In this document: in pieces, positions 13,718 to 28,254 of the stretch
Numbering within the stretch: position 1 is the stretch's first letter
Layout of the letters: the number at the start of each line of letters is the position of its first letter
NCBI GenBank assembly: GCA_964016885.1
Contig: OZ024756.1
Span: 38,006,001 to 38,070,000, forward strand
Source of the DNA: Eledone cirrhosa
Taxonomy: Eukaryota
Length of the DNA stretch: 64,000 nt
Reading direction: 5' to 3'
Notes under the pieces: generated by a model
What the model was told of the DNA's origin: nothing
Database searches by the model: none
The model's input: the letters and a program-made list of their open reading frames with translations, nothing else
Position numbers and translations under genes: made by a program

Positions 13718-14071
13718 TAAAAAGGAAAAGAAAATGCTGACAAATTTTTCCCAGTGAAAAATAGTTTAATTAGGAATAAGTATAAATTAGTAATAAGTAT
13801 TAATTAGTATTCAGTTTTAGTTTTAAGTTTTTACCGGTTGCGCATTTCTAATATTTTTCAAAAATAATTTTGAGATAGAGTGATCACGAGCACTCTATCT
13901 CAAAATTATTTTTGAAAAGCATAATAAATGCGCAACCGGTAAAAACTAAAACTGAATACTAATTAATACTTATTCCTAATTAAACTATTTTTCACCGGGA
14001 AAAATTTGTCAGCATTTTCTTTTCCTTTTTACTAATATATCACAACTCGTGTGTCACACCACTATTTTTTT

Positions 14072-14074
<3 letters not shown>
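13711..14074. mobile_element. Fold-back element with U3-A8-type hammerhead-like core
   Basis: Inverted arms 13711-13882 and 13891-14038, tail to ~14074. On +: uuu UUGAAAA gcau aauaa augc GCAA ccgg UA aaa at 13909-13944. Confidence 0.75.
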
Positions 14075-14157
<83 letters not shown>

Positions 14158-14575
14158 ATATATTATATTTATATATATATATATATATATATTGTATATA
14201 TTATATATATATATATCATATGTATATATATATGTATATTATATATATTATATATATATCATATATATTATATGTATATATATATATATATATAATATAT
14301 GTATTAAATATATATGTTATATATAGTATATACATATTATGTGTATAGTATATGTATTTTATATAGTACATATATATATATATATTATATATAGCATATT
14401 TTATATATATATAGAGATTTGTATATAATATATATATATATATATGTATATTATATATAGCATATTTTATATATATAGATTTGTATATAATATATATATA
14501 TATATTATATATTAATACATATAATATATATATATTTATAATATATATAAATTAATATATATATATATATATATT

Positions 14576-14616
<41 letters not shown>

Positions 14617-15058
14617 TATATATAGCATATTTTATATATATAGATTTGTATATAATATATATATATATATTATATATATTAATATATATAATATATATAT
14701 AACATATAAATAAATATAAATTTATATATATATTTACATATAAATATATATATGATATATATATATATATAACAAATAAATATATATATATATAATATAT
14801 ATATATAATATATATATAACATATATATAAATATAACATATATATAATATATATAATATATATATATATAGTATATATATATATATAACATATATATATA
14901 TAAATAATATATATAATATATATATATAACATAAATATATAAATAATATATATATATATATAAATAATATATAATATATATATAACATATATATATATAA
15001 ATAATATATATATATATATATATAAATACATATACATATATATATATAACATATAACA

Positions 15059-15094
<36 letters not shown>

Positions 15095-15095
15095 G
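14075..15095. repeat. Degenerate (TA)n expansion
   Basis: ~1 kb almost purely A/T, with internal duplications. Confidence 0.95.
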
Positions 15096-15360
15096 CTATA
15101 TTTGACCTTGGGAATTACCGATCGTCATTGCATAACTGACTCTCACTGGGAAATTCCCATCTTTTGAAACGAAAGGGAGACATCTGTCTGGAAAGGGAGA
15201 CATCCGCGGTATTCTAGGTATAAATACGATGTCACCCTTACCACAGCCAGTGAGGATTTGGGCCTCGACAATGTAAGATTGTTGTTCAGTCACAACATAT
15301 TGAACCATATTTGCTTATCAAAGTTTCCGAGAAGCACGATAACTGCGCCCTTCAAACTCA
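15096..15360 (-). mobile_element. Helitron RepHel (PIF1 helicase) fragment
   Basis: ORF 15096-15308 reads IVEAQILTGCGKGDIVFIPRIP...FPVRVSYAMTIGNSQGQ, characteristic PIF1/Helitron helicase motifs. Confidence 0.85.
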
Positions 15361-16019
15361 ATGACTGGGGCTATTGATGCTGAGTAGAATGGGGATATAA
15401 CATGGGTGGTTGGTCCCAGATTGAGAGAGGGATGCCATGACTGGTGTGAATGGTCTTGGATAGTGTGAGAGGGGCTATGACTGGTGTGGGTGGTCCAGGA
15501 TAGAATGAAAGGAGCTATAACATGGGCGGGGGGTCACGGATAGAGAGAAAGGAGCTATGACTGGGGTGGGTGATCCTGGATAGAGTGGGGGAGGGGAATA
15601 CACTGATGGTGAGAATAGTTACTAAGAAGTGATGGTGGAGGGGGGGGGGGGCAGTGGAGTGAGTGACAATAGGTGGCTTGAAAGGGGGACAACAAGTATA
15701 ACTTCACGGATGTATGAAATATCTCGCGTGATTTAGTAGGAAGATGCGAGAGAAAGAAGGATTGAGAAACTATTTCATGGCTATAAGACAATTGTGGTCG
15801 GATTTGGGTGATGTCAGAGAAGAAAGGTGTGTGTGTATGTATAGTGGTGGTGGTGGGGTGACCTCAGGTAGAACGGCAGGTACAATGAGGGTGAAAAATA
15901 CATATTAGGGAACTATGACTGGTATGGTGGTACCTAATGAGGTAATATGAACGGGAAATGTACATATATGTGTGTGTGTGTGTGTGTGTCACACACACAC
16001 ACACACATATATATATGTA

Positions 16020-16110
16020 TATCAAAGTATACACACTTTGATTACCTGTATAGGCAATATTTATTAGAATACTGTTGAAGCGTGTAAACATTTTCTTGGG
16101 ACACCCTATA
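16020..16110 (-). mobile_element. ~100-bp Tc1/mariner-type MITE, partial
   Basis: Same internal sequence as 45413-45513 and 53457-53559. Confidence 0.7.
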
Positions 16111-16380
16111 TATTCTATGATCGTTGTTGTTGTTGTTGCTATTGTTGTTGTTTGTTGTCTTCTCATTTCCCCAAGACCCTCATGAAGAGGTGCGGTGTTA
16201 TATGAGAATACATCACACAGTCAATGGTTATTATCTAATCGGGGACGAACGTAGCTCAGCTGAAATAAGTCACGAACTGAGGTAATACGAGTATGGATAT
16301 CAGTTCTCAAATGCAAGCAAAGCTTGTTTCACATAACCTACTGCACAAGATGTAACCAAGCTATATCTTTCTACAATCTA

Positions 16381-16923
16381 TTTAACCCTTTCGTTTCTAG
16401 TGAAAGACATTGCCTAAACTTTTCACATAATTTTGAAATATAATCAAGGATTTGGAGGGAATTAATAGTATAATTTACTTTCTCGTTGTTAAACTAGTGT
16501 TTGGAACATAATTTAACAAAAGTCCATATATAAAATTATGATAGTTTTTTTTTTACATAAAACTTTAACCCATTTGTTACTATGAATTAAGAAAGTTATG
16601 CTCTAAAACCCCAGCTTAATAATGAGAAAGTTAGTTATATTCCAAATTCTTGAATATTTTCAAAATTATTTGAAAATCACAGTCAGTGTCTTTCATTAGA
16701 AATATGGTATTGAAAGAGTTAAAATGTTTATATTTATCTAGAATTCCTCCATCAAAATGTTTTGTTAGACCTTTTTTAAGTTATTCTAAAAAAAAGAAAA
16801 CCACCAGGTTAATGAGAAAGATAGTTATATTTTTAAATCCTTCCAAATTCTTGAATATTTTCAAAATTATTTGAAAATCTTAGGCAGTGTCTTTCATTAG
16901 AAATATAGTAACGAAAGAGTTAA
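16381..16923. mobile_element. Cluster of piggyBac-type MITE pieces
   Basis: TTAAccctttcgtt... start and ...gaaagagTTAA ends; partial tandem copies. Confidence 0.65.
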
Positions 16924-17324
16924 GACATAAATCATCTGTCATGTTAGATAATAAATGTGAAATGCATCCCAAACACATAATCCAGTACTGGAGAGAGCTT
17001 CTCTTTAGTTTCATGAGGCTTTTATCTGCTGCATAAAACATGCAACTATGTCGATAGCTGAACAGACTCCAAACCACTTCATCCATTTTATCCAATGTTG
17101 ACTCATCTCAACCAAATTATACGATCAATAAGACAAGGATCATTGCGAAAGACTTTTACCAAACCTTTTCCAGCAACTTATATGTCTGAAACGAAAATTA
17201 CACCATTTATATGAATAGACAGACTTCAACATTTCAAAGACATCGCAAAGTTTTAAATTAACCTAAAAAAAGAAATTCTCTAAATTTTCCTTGGAAAAGT
17301 ATATATATATATTTTCTTTTAGTG

Positions 17325-17480
17325 ATTTCAGTCATTAAACTGCGGCCATTCTGGAGCACCGCCATAATGTAACCAGTACTTTGATATTTTTGATTTTTAT
17401 TTAAAAAAAATTTTTTTTTTCATGTCTGGTACTTATTTTATCGACCTCTTTTTGCCGAACTGATAAGTTATGTAAACAAG
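17325..17480. mobile_element. SINE-like family S3 fragment (others ~18322-18400, 19100-19260, 19560-19617, 45320-45400, 52160-52300)
   Basis: Shared tttcagtcatta.actgcggccat.ctgg.gcacc and ggtacttattt.atcga.ctctttt.gccgaac blocks. Confidence 0.7.
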
Positions 17481-18042
17481 CTCCCACAGAGCAAGCCAAG
17501 TAGTAATGGTCAGAAATGTTGATGGTTTTTATATAGGGTGGGGTGCGTGTGAAGAAGACATACATATACGGTGGTTGGGTGGTTCTAATGTATTTATTGA
17601 TACTTAATAAAACAAAACAAAAAAAAAAAATCAAAATCAAACCCAAATATAAAAAGAAGCAAAAGAGACGGTCAAGAAAAAATTAATCAAAGAAAAAAAT
17701 AAACATTAATTTTGATGTTAGTAATGGTATGAAGGAGGGGATGGGAAAGGGAGGTGGTGGAAATTGAGGTGGGGGAGAGAATTAATAAACAAACAATGCC
17801 TTGTGAGTGACATTGATAGACGGAAACTGTAAAAGCCCGTCACACACAGACACACATATATATGTAGTTTTCCCCCCATTTTCTTCGTTCCTTCCTCTCA
17901 TAACTCTTTACTTTCTATTTATCTTCTATTTCTAACTCTATCTTCGGATGAAGGACTAGTGCCTGAAAAGTTAAGACTCTCTTCCTGCTATTTTTCTTCC
18001 ATGTACTGTGCCGTTTTTCTTTTTTTGTCATTTCTGTTATAT

Positions 18043-18110
<68 letters not shown>

Positions 18111-18230
18111 AGAAGAAGAAGAAGATGAGATGTTACTAGCCAAGAACCTTATTTAACTTAGTATTCTATACTATAATATTTTTGCTATCGAGACGGTAGA
18201 AGCTTAACAGTAGGGAAGAAAATCCTTATA

Positions 18231-18291
<61 letters not shown>

Positions 18292-18460
18292 AGGGGAGAA
18301 AGAGAGAGAGAGATGGTTGTCATATGTAATCGACTAAACCACTTTAAGGTTGTGCGGCAACATGGCCGAAATCTAATGACTGAAACCAGTAAGAGACAAA
18401 AAGAATATTAACACACACACACACACACACGCACACACACACTCTCTCTCTATATCTCCT

Positions 18461-18491
<31 letters not shown>

Positions 18492-19615
18492 ATATATACA
18501 TACAGACATATGTATATAAATGTATGTACGAACACGTAACTCATAGGGGCGTTGTCGACATACATACCTAACTACATACATAGATAGATACATACGTACT
18601 TACATACATACAACATACATACATATATGCATACATACATGCGTACGTACTTACATACAACATACATACATACATACATACATACTTATATACAACTTAC
18701 ATATATACATACATACGTACGTACTTACATACAACGTACATACATACATTCGTACTTGCATACATACAACATACATATATACATACACACATACAACATA
18801 CATACATATATACATACAACATACATGTATGTATATATATACATACATACAACTAGCACCCTTTAAAGTAGTGCCCCAGTTGCTGACGTTTCTATGACCT
18901 TCCCAATTGACCGCTATTTGTAAGTCTCTTGTGTCGCCTCCACCACCTCCACTACCACCAACACCATCATACTAATCTGCCTGTTGGCGCAGCAGACTAA
19001 TCCCTGATTGGTTGTAAATAGTCAACATATTTACTCTTAACCACGCCCACCTCTATCCCTTCTTTTGTTTTATTCCATATTAAAAAAAAAAAAATTATCC
19101 TTTTACTGGTTTTAGTCATTAGAATGCGGCCATGTTAGGGTATCACTTTAAAACAGATTTAGGGGATCATATACACCCAGCTTTGTTTTTCTTTTTTCGT
19201 TTTCAAGTCCGGTACTTAATTTATTTATCTCATTATCGAATCACGTTAGGAGAGAGTGTAAATGGATTCATGCATACGCACACACGCACTCAAACAAACA
19301 AACCAAACACACACACACACACATATATATAGGGGAAAGGGCAGGCGATTCAAAAACACATCTTGTCCGCTCCCTTGTCGTTTCTGTTTGGGTTGCCTTG
19401 GGAACGTGAATGTAAGAAGCTGTCTGAGGATGTCACGACACTGGGTACACGGAATCGTGTGGCCACTGTCGTCATTGAAATATGTGTCACAGCATTACCA
19501 ATAAAGGACCTTAACATCTGAAACCATTTTCTCAATCTATATATATATATATACACTCTTTTACTCTTTTACCTGTTCCAGCCATCCGGATGAGGCCATG
19601 CTGGGGCACCACCCA

Positions 19616-19664
<49 letters not shown>

Positions 19665-19669
<5 letters not shown>

Positions 19670-20245
19670 TGGGTGCATCAGTCATTAGAGATCATATCTT
19701 TAGAAGACATAAATACCCCAAACTTTAACTAATATCTTCTTTCTTTTGTAACACGAAATGGAATCATCGAATCAAAACGCGTGCCATTCTCGTCCCCATC
19801 TTAGTCCCCATCCACAGAGATCTGCAGTTTCCTACCATCTTGAATGTCACCAGGTCTTCCGTCTTCAAGATAAGAAAACAACTCCTGTCCTCTGTATTTT
19901 TTTTAACATTATCACGGCCCTTTATTGTCTGAGTTCAAATCCCGCCGAGGTTAACTTTGCCTTTCATCCTTACGGGACCGATAAAATAAAGTACCAGTAA
20001 TACACTGGAATAATTGCTAGCCTTGTGCTAAAAGTAGAAACAATTATCATCAGATGTCGCCAGAAAAGTTAATGTTGTCCAGAAAGTTTTGGAAATCATC
20101 AATGACAACTCCAGAAAGTCGATGATGATCATTACCAATCAACTAACTCCATACATCGTCAGAGTTCACAATTAGACGTGTGCTGCACAAAGACTTTAGC
20201 TACAAATCCGATGTTAACGAGAAGAAGGCAGTTCATGGCTAATAG
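19665..20245 (+). mobile_element. Second Tc1/mariner transposase remnant, with S1 SINE inserted at 19911-20045
   Basis: VQKVLEIINDNSRKSM... and FTIRRVLHKDFSYKS...RRRQFM are homologous to 12278-12842; SINE flanked by attatca. Confidence 0.6.
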
Positions 20246-20918
20246 GACCCAGGAGAACTGTGTGATCCGGTAGAAACCCTTTCTGAGCATGCGTAAGCAC
20301 CCTGAGGCACTTAACATGGCCTGGTTATTCTTAAATGAGAACTCTGACCAAGATCAAACAAGTGAACAGGAGAAGTGACAGCTCCCCGGGATTGAATATA
20401 ACCGATTTCTTCCAGAAAGAGAGATAGGGATGAAGTGAGAAGATGTAGAGGAAACATCGACCCCTGTATTGGACTGGTACTAGTTTTTATCGACCTCGAG
20501 AGGATGAAAGCATATTTTAAAGGGAGGATTTTGAATGTGTGGATGCACATTTCATAATGTGAAATTTTAATATAAATTTTAAGTTATATCTTGTTAACAC
20601 CCACCATGTTTTTTATATTGAAAAAGCGGAAGTAGGGAGCAGCGGAAGGGTGCCATCTAAGGGAGATTTGATTGTTATTTTTAGTACGTCGAACGACTGA
20701 ATATGTAGATTGAGGGTCTCTCGATGGCTCATCGTTGTAACAGTTGAGCAGCAGAGGAAACTGAACCACTGAGAGCCAAACCTATAGAGTGTGGTTCACT
20801 CGATGGCTCATCGTTGAAACTCCGTCTGGTACAGTTGAGTATCAGAGGTGACTGAACCACTGAGAGTTTTCTAAATAAAGTAGTGTATAAACATACAATT
20901 ATACACCATTATCTTTAC

Positions 20919-21127
20919 CACAACGATATATCCCTGGAGAATTTCGGGGAACCTTCTCCGATGTTCAGAATCCTAAGTACATGCAACCTCATCGTCCCAA
21001 CGGACACAATAGAGAAAGCATTACAGAGGAGGATGGCGATGGAAACTAGATGAAGTAGCCATTGCAAGAGTGGGGCGGTAGAGCAACAGAGCCACAGACT
21101 GTGAACCCGATACAAAATGTTCAATTT
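20919..21127 (-). other. Candidate internal exon, unassigned
   Basis: Unique-looking sequence bounded by tttatttgcAG and TG|GTAAAG on -; one frame is open across it; protein not recognised. Confidence 0.25.
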
Positions 21128-21179
21128 CTGCAAATAAACCAGTAGCTGCGCCTAAACGACGTGGACGGAACTCTATAGC

Positions 21180-21567
21180 TGCTGTTGTTGCTGCTATCGT
21201 TGTTGTTATTACTGCAGTTGTTGCTGTCCTTACAGTTGCTGCTGCTGCTGCTGCTGTTGCTGCTGTTGTAGTCACAATTGCTGCTGTTGCCGTTGCTACT
21301 GCAGTTGCAGTTGCAGTTGCTGTTGCTGCTACAGTTGCAGTTACTGCTGATATTGCAGTTGCTGTTGTTACAGTTGCTGCCGTTGTTGTTGTTGTTGTTG
21401 CAGTTGCTGTTACTGTTGCAGTTGCTGCTGCTCTAGCCATTGCTGCTGTTGCTGCTGCTGCTGTTACTGATGTTATTATTGTCATTGTCATGCTGCTGCA
21501 ATTGCTGCTGTTGCTACTACTACACGGACAGCTAACCTATTGCTGACGTCAACAAACACCACCACTA

Positions 21568-21612
<45 letters not shown>

Positions 21613-21622
21613 GCTACTAGTT

Positions 21623-21671
<49 letters not shown>

Positions 21672-21760
21672 TGCTATTACAACAACAACAACAACTACCA
21701 CTACTACTACTACTACTACCACTACTACTACTGCTACTACTACCACTACTACTGCTGCTG

Positions 21761-21796
<36 letters not shown>

Positions 21797-21874
21797 GCAC
21801 CACCACTACCACTACTACTACTACTACTACTACCACTACTACTACTGCTACTACTACCACTACTACTACTGCTG

Positions 21875-21919
<45 letters not shown>

Positions 21920-21920
21920 T
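21180..21920. repeat. (GCT/GTT)n and (ACT)n microsatellites
   Basis: Trinucleotide tandem arrays. Confidence 0.9.
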
Positions 21921-22426
21921 ACTACACACATATTCACATAAAAATACAGTCACATAGAGACACAGGCAAACGTATATAAACACACACATAGACATTTACA
22001 CACACACACACTCACATACACACATACACACACATATACACAGAAAAACACATAGTCACATACAGACACACACAGAGACATATACAGACACACATATATT
22101 CACATCCACACATACACACATACACACACATATACACAGAAAAACACATTGTCACATAGAGACACACACAGATATGTTCATATACATACACACACATACT
22201 CGTATACACATACACTGTCAGACACACTCACCCAGACGCAAAATAAAAACACACAAAGAAACACACACACACACACATACACACACACACACGTACACAT
22301 ACACACATTACATCATAGCGTATCTCCTGCTATTGTTCTAGTCATTATGTAAAATCTACTGCCACTGGGTATAATACATCTGTTTATATGTGTTTGTCAC
22401 TGTATGTCTCTGTGTAGGACTAAATA

Positions 22427-22603
22427 CAGGTAAAATTCCGTTATAACGAATACCATTATATCGAACTTTTCAGTACAGCAACATTTTTTCAATCCCCGGC
22501 CACACGCTCGATTTGTTAGGTCGAGATCTAGTTATAAAGAATTTTTACGTTACAACGAATTTTTTTTATACCCCGTGAATTTCGTTATAACGGAATTTCA
22601 CTG
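22427..22603. mobile_element. Tigger/pogo-type MITE
   Basis: TIRs cag(g)t.aaattccgttataacgaa / ttcgttataacggaatttcactg with TA on both sides. Confidence 0.8.
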
Positions 22604-22629
22604 TATGTCTGTGACTGAGTGTGTGTATC

Positions 22630-22661
<32 letters not shown>

Positions 22662-23359
22662 ACTGTGTGACTGTGACTCTGTGTGTGTCTGTAGTGATTG
22701 TGTGTATATGTGACTCTGTGTGTGTGTGTGTTGTGTGTATGGGACTGTGTGTGTATGTGTGTGTTGTGTGTATGGGACTGTGTATGTGTGTTGTGTGTAT
22801 GGGACTGTGTGTGTGAATTTGGGTGACTGCATGACACTGTGTATGTGTCATTTTGTGTGTGTGGCCGTGTGGGTATGATTGTGTGTGTATGTCACTCTGT
22901 GTGTGTTGTGTGTATTGTGTGTGCTGTGTGGGAATTCGGGTGACTGTGACTGTATGTGTGTGATTGTGTGTGTGTGATTGTGTGTGTGTGATTGTGTGTG
23001 TGATTGTGTGTGTGATTGTGTGTGGTATTGTGTGTGTGATTGTGTGTGTGTGATTGTGTGTGTGTGTGATTGTGTGTGTGTGATTGTGTGTGTGTGATTG
23101 TGTGTGTGTGATTGTGTGTGTGATTGTGTGTGATTGTGCGTGTGTGATTGTGTGTGTGTGATTGTGTGTGTGATTGTGTGTGTGTGATTGTGTATGTGTG
23201 TGATTGTGTGTGTGTGATTGTGTGTGTGATTGTGTGTGTGTGATTGTGTGTGTGATTGTGTGTGTGTGATCGTGTGTGTGTGTGACTGTGTGTATGGCTG
23301 TGACTGCATGTGTGTGTCTGTGCGTGTGACTATGTATGTGACAGTGTTTGTGTTAGAGC

Positions 23360-23417
<58 letters not shown>

Positions 23418-23723
23418 CTGTGGTGTGCGTGTAACTGTGTATGATTAACTGTGAGTGTGGGTATGAACATTTGTGTATACGTGACTGTGTGCACACACGT
23501 ATGTGTGTGTATGTGTGTGTATGTGTGTGTGTGTGTGTGTGTGTGTCTGATTGCATGTATGTGTGTCGGTGCATGAATGTGTGCATGTAACTAAGTGTGT
23601 GTGAGTGTGTCTGATTGCATATATGTGTGTCGGTGCATGAATGTGTGCATGTAACTAAGTGTGTGTGTGTGTGTGTCTGATTGCATGTATGTGTGTCGGT
23701 ACATGAATGTGTGCATGTAACTA

Positions 23724-23758
<35 letters not shown>

Positions 23759-24201
23759 TTGTTTGTAATGGCTTGTGAGTGTATCCGTATCAGCAAACAT
23801 GTGTGTGTGTGTGTGTGTCTGACAGCATGTGTGTCTGTGACAGTATGAGTCTATGTGTAAAGGTGTATGTATGCCTGTGTGTGTGTGGGTGCGTGTGTGT
23901 GTGTATGTGCGTGTGTGTTCGTGTATGTGTGTGTATGTGTGGGTGGAGCGTGTGTGCGTGCGTGCGTGTGTATGTGTGTCTGTATATGTGTGATTTGGAA
24001 AAGTCACCTTATCTGTAAGAGTTTCCTATGGGAATGTAATATATTGATAGAAGAAGGGTATATATATATATATATATACATATATGTATATATGTGCGTG
24101 TGTGTGTGTGTGTGCGTCTGTGTGTGCGTGTGTGTGCATCCACGCTTTACTTATAGAAAGTAATCTTTTTTATTTCATATATATCTATATATATCTATAT
24201 A

Positions 24202-24237
<36 letters not shown>

Positions 24238-24455
24238 TATATAGTAGTATATCACCCGACAAAGATGGTGGGATTTATAGTAACAACATATATGATTTAA
24301 TCATTCGTTGATTACAACATTTTATTTAAATATAATTGACACCTCACGATTCCTCTTGTCACTCCTGCCACCGCTGTATTTCATTTTACATTCATTTAAA
24401 TAAATTGCAGTAATTTCCTTCCATATATTCTGTAATCATTATCAGACACATATCA

Positions 24456-24544
<89 letters not shown>

Positions 24545-24575
24545 AGTAAAACCACAGACCCTCCATCTCAACTCA

Positions 24576-24613
24576 CCTTTTGAAAAGCAGAAGAACTGCG
24601 AAACCGGTAAAGG
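24576..24613 (+). ncRNA. Variant type I hammerhead ribozyme motif (U3-A8)
   Basis: ccuu UUGAAAA gcag aagaa cugc GAAA ccgg UA aagg: all three stems can pair, and C3-G8 is replaced by U3-A8. Lies within repeat 24548-24750. Confidence 0.7.
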
Positions 24614-24742
24614 AACCAAATAAATATATATATATTTTTTAAATAAGACTCCAGTTTCATTTTCGATTTCATCTTTTTTTCTTTATACTTTCACTCGTGT
24701 AGGACACCTCGGTTATTTTTCATTTTGTAAAAAAAACCTCGC

Positions 24743-24802
<60 letters not shown>

Positions 24803-24855
24803 ATATATATATATATCTATCTATATATATATATATATATATATATATCCATATG

Positions 24856-24971
<116 letters not shown>

Positions 24972-25108
24972 TATATACATATATATATATACATGGAAAT
25001 AAAGTTAATGTAAGCAAAATGCCAACAATAATTCAGGTATATAAGTGAGTATATATATATATATACATACATATATACATACATATATATACATATATAT
25101 ATACATAC

Positions 25109-25149
<41 letters not shown>

Positions 25150-25206
25150 TATACGTACATATATATATATATATATATGTATATACACATATATATATAT
25201 ATACAT

Positions 25207-25237
<31 letters not shown>

Positions 25238-25279
25238 CATATATATATACATATACATATATATGTATATGCATATATG

Positions 25280-25341
<62 letters not shown>

Positions 25342-25343
25342 CA

Positions 25344-25385
<42 letters not shown>

Positions 25386-25386
25386 C

Positions 25387-25419
<33 letters not shown>

Positions 25420-25425
25420 CATGTA

Positions 25426-25460
<35 letters not shown>

Positions 25461-26115
25461 GTGTGTGTATCAGGGTAGATTCAGTTAGAAACCAGTAAGA
25501 CCATTACTCACCAGAGTACTCGATACTTGGAGTTGTAGAGTTATAATCTAGCGAAATGTCCAGGACTGTGTCTGGGGAATGGTATGCTAGGTCACCCGCT
25601 ACCACCACCATCACCACCACAGCCACCACCACCACTACATCCACCCTCATCACACCACCGCCACCACCACCATTATCATCACCGCCACCGCCACCATCAC
25701 CACCACCTCCACTACATCCACCCTCATCACACCCACCACCGCCACCACCACCATTATCATCACACCCACCGGCACCACCACCACCACCACCACCACCTCT
25801 ACCACATCCACCCTCACACCTGTCTGTCGTTCTCTTATATTTTATATATATATCTTGTCACACTCACACACACAGTCACATACACACGTACACACACGTA
25901 CACACACATACACACACATACACAGTCACACACGTACACACAGTCACATACACACGTACACACACGTACACACACGTACACACACATACACTCACAGATA
26001 GACAGACAGACAGACAGTAACACACACACACACAGACAGACACACAGACAGACACACAGACAGACACACACACACAGACACAGACACACACACACACACT
26101 CACACACTCACAGAC

Positions 26116-26146
<31 letters not shown>

Positions 26147-27352
26147 CTCACATACACACACAATTTCCGCTTCGCCTTTTTCACTTTGTTTCCTCGTTTC
26201 TTTCTCATCCATTTCTCTTTCTTTTCTAATTCGATTTCTTTCCCACGCCCCCTCCCTCTCCCCCTATCTCGCCCTCTCCCTCTCTGTCTCTCTCTCTTTC
26301 TTACATACATACACACGTCCAGTCCTTCTCTCTTCTCTCTCTCTGTCACATACCCCTCAATCTCTCTCACTCTCTCTCTCTGTCTGTTTCCTTTTCTCTC
26401 TGTCTTCTTCTCTCTCTATGTCTTCTCACTCTCTTCTCACTCTCTGTCACATACCCCTCACTCTCTCTCTCTATTACCCTCTCTCCTTCTTTCTCTCTCT
26501 CTCTCTTCCTGTCCACCCCCCTTCTCTCTCCCCCTTCCACAATCTCCAAACACTTGCTATTTGATGCGCAACACAAGCGAACAAACAAGGTTGGATTTAA
26601 AAGAAAACAAAAAAAAAAACAACAAAAAAACAACACATATTAAAGTAAAGAAAATAGGTAAGTATAATTGCTAATAATAATAACAACAACAATAACAATA
26701 ATATTGATTTCTTTAATGGTCGCTAGGGACCACTTATAGGGGACAATACAAAAAGACGGAGGCAGTGGGGTGGGAAGTAGGGGGTACAATAAAATCCAGT
26801 AAAAAATCCAACAAACAAACAAAACAAATTAACAAAAACAATTAACAATAAAATTACAATAAAAATTCCCCAGTGGAGTGGGGGGGGGGGGGAGAACCCC
26901 CCCCCCGGGAGACTCAATAATAAAAATATTAATGATGATGCTGATAATGATGGTTTTTTTTTATTAGCCCCAAGGGCTCAGACAAACAATATATTAAAAG
27001 TTATAAATATGGGAGGAGGTTGGGGGTTACAATACATCTGGGGTTGGACTAACAAAGTTTTTATTAAGATAAGGGTAATGTAAGGGGGTGGATGTAGAAT
27101 AAACGGATTAAATAGTTGATAGTGCATGGAATTAGTATAAAATTATTATTATAAAACACACAATTATTATTATCATTATCATCATTATTATTATTATTAA
27201 AATTATAAAACATGCAAAGTATTTAGAGTTACCCACCCTCACCCTGGAGGGAACCCACTGGTTAAGTCGGGCCTGAATACCCTACATTTCTGCTCACTCT
27301 AAATGCATTATATACTTCTCAGGGATCACCGAAATCACCTGTAAGCACCTGT

Positions 27353-27389
<37 letters not shown>

Positions 27390-27779
27390 TGTTTCTACTT
27401 TTGGCACAAGGCCAGCAATTACCCCAGTGCATTACTGGTACTTTATTTTATCGACCCCGTAACTAATATTAATAATAATAGTAGTATGAGTATTATTTTA
27501 CCTCATGAGCTGTCACAATGCAAACATAAGCTGTGGTATATAACAAGAGTTAGTAATGCACTGGGTAATTGCTGGCCTTGTGCCTAAAGTAGAAACAGTT
27601 ATATTTTTTATCAAACTATTGAAATATGTGTGTGTTTTGTGGGGTGGTTATATGTATATATATATATATATCTGTGTGTGTGTGTGTTTTTTTTTGGGGG
27701 GGGGGGAGGTTATATGTATATATATATATGTGTGTGTGTGTTTTTTTTTGTGGGGGGTGGGGGGGGGGGGGGGGGGGGG

Positions 27780-27823
<44 letters not shown>

Positions 27824-27967
27824 GGAAGCAGAACATTGCTTATTGTGATCCATACATTGCTATACTGCTATTTGCAGTATAGCAATATAAGGTTGCACTT
27901 ACCAATGAAACGGTCGTAAATACCTGGATAAAATCCTTCTCTTAATGCTTACCTGTGTTTTCTCTTT

Positions 27968-28001
<34 letters not shown>

Positions 28002-28014
28002 TATATGTGTATGT

Positions 28015-28051
<37 letters not shown>

Positions 28052-28194
28052 ATGGGGGGGGGGTCTATATATATATATTCATATATAGTAATAATAACAA
28101 ATGTGAAGATTAAAATCCAAAGCGATTCTTTGCTTAAACTTTAATCTGTTATTTTAATAAATAATATATATATATATACTCACACACACACACA

Positions 28195-28254
<60 letters not shown>

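Noticed and set aside
19610-19675. cacccagta(TA)n tactgggtg fold-back
   Set aside because: Ambiguous: the left part may be SINE sequence and the right part a transposon TIR, so the symmetry may be coincidental.
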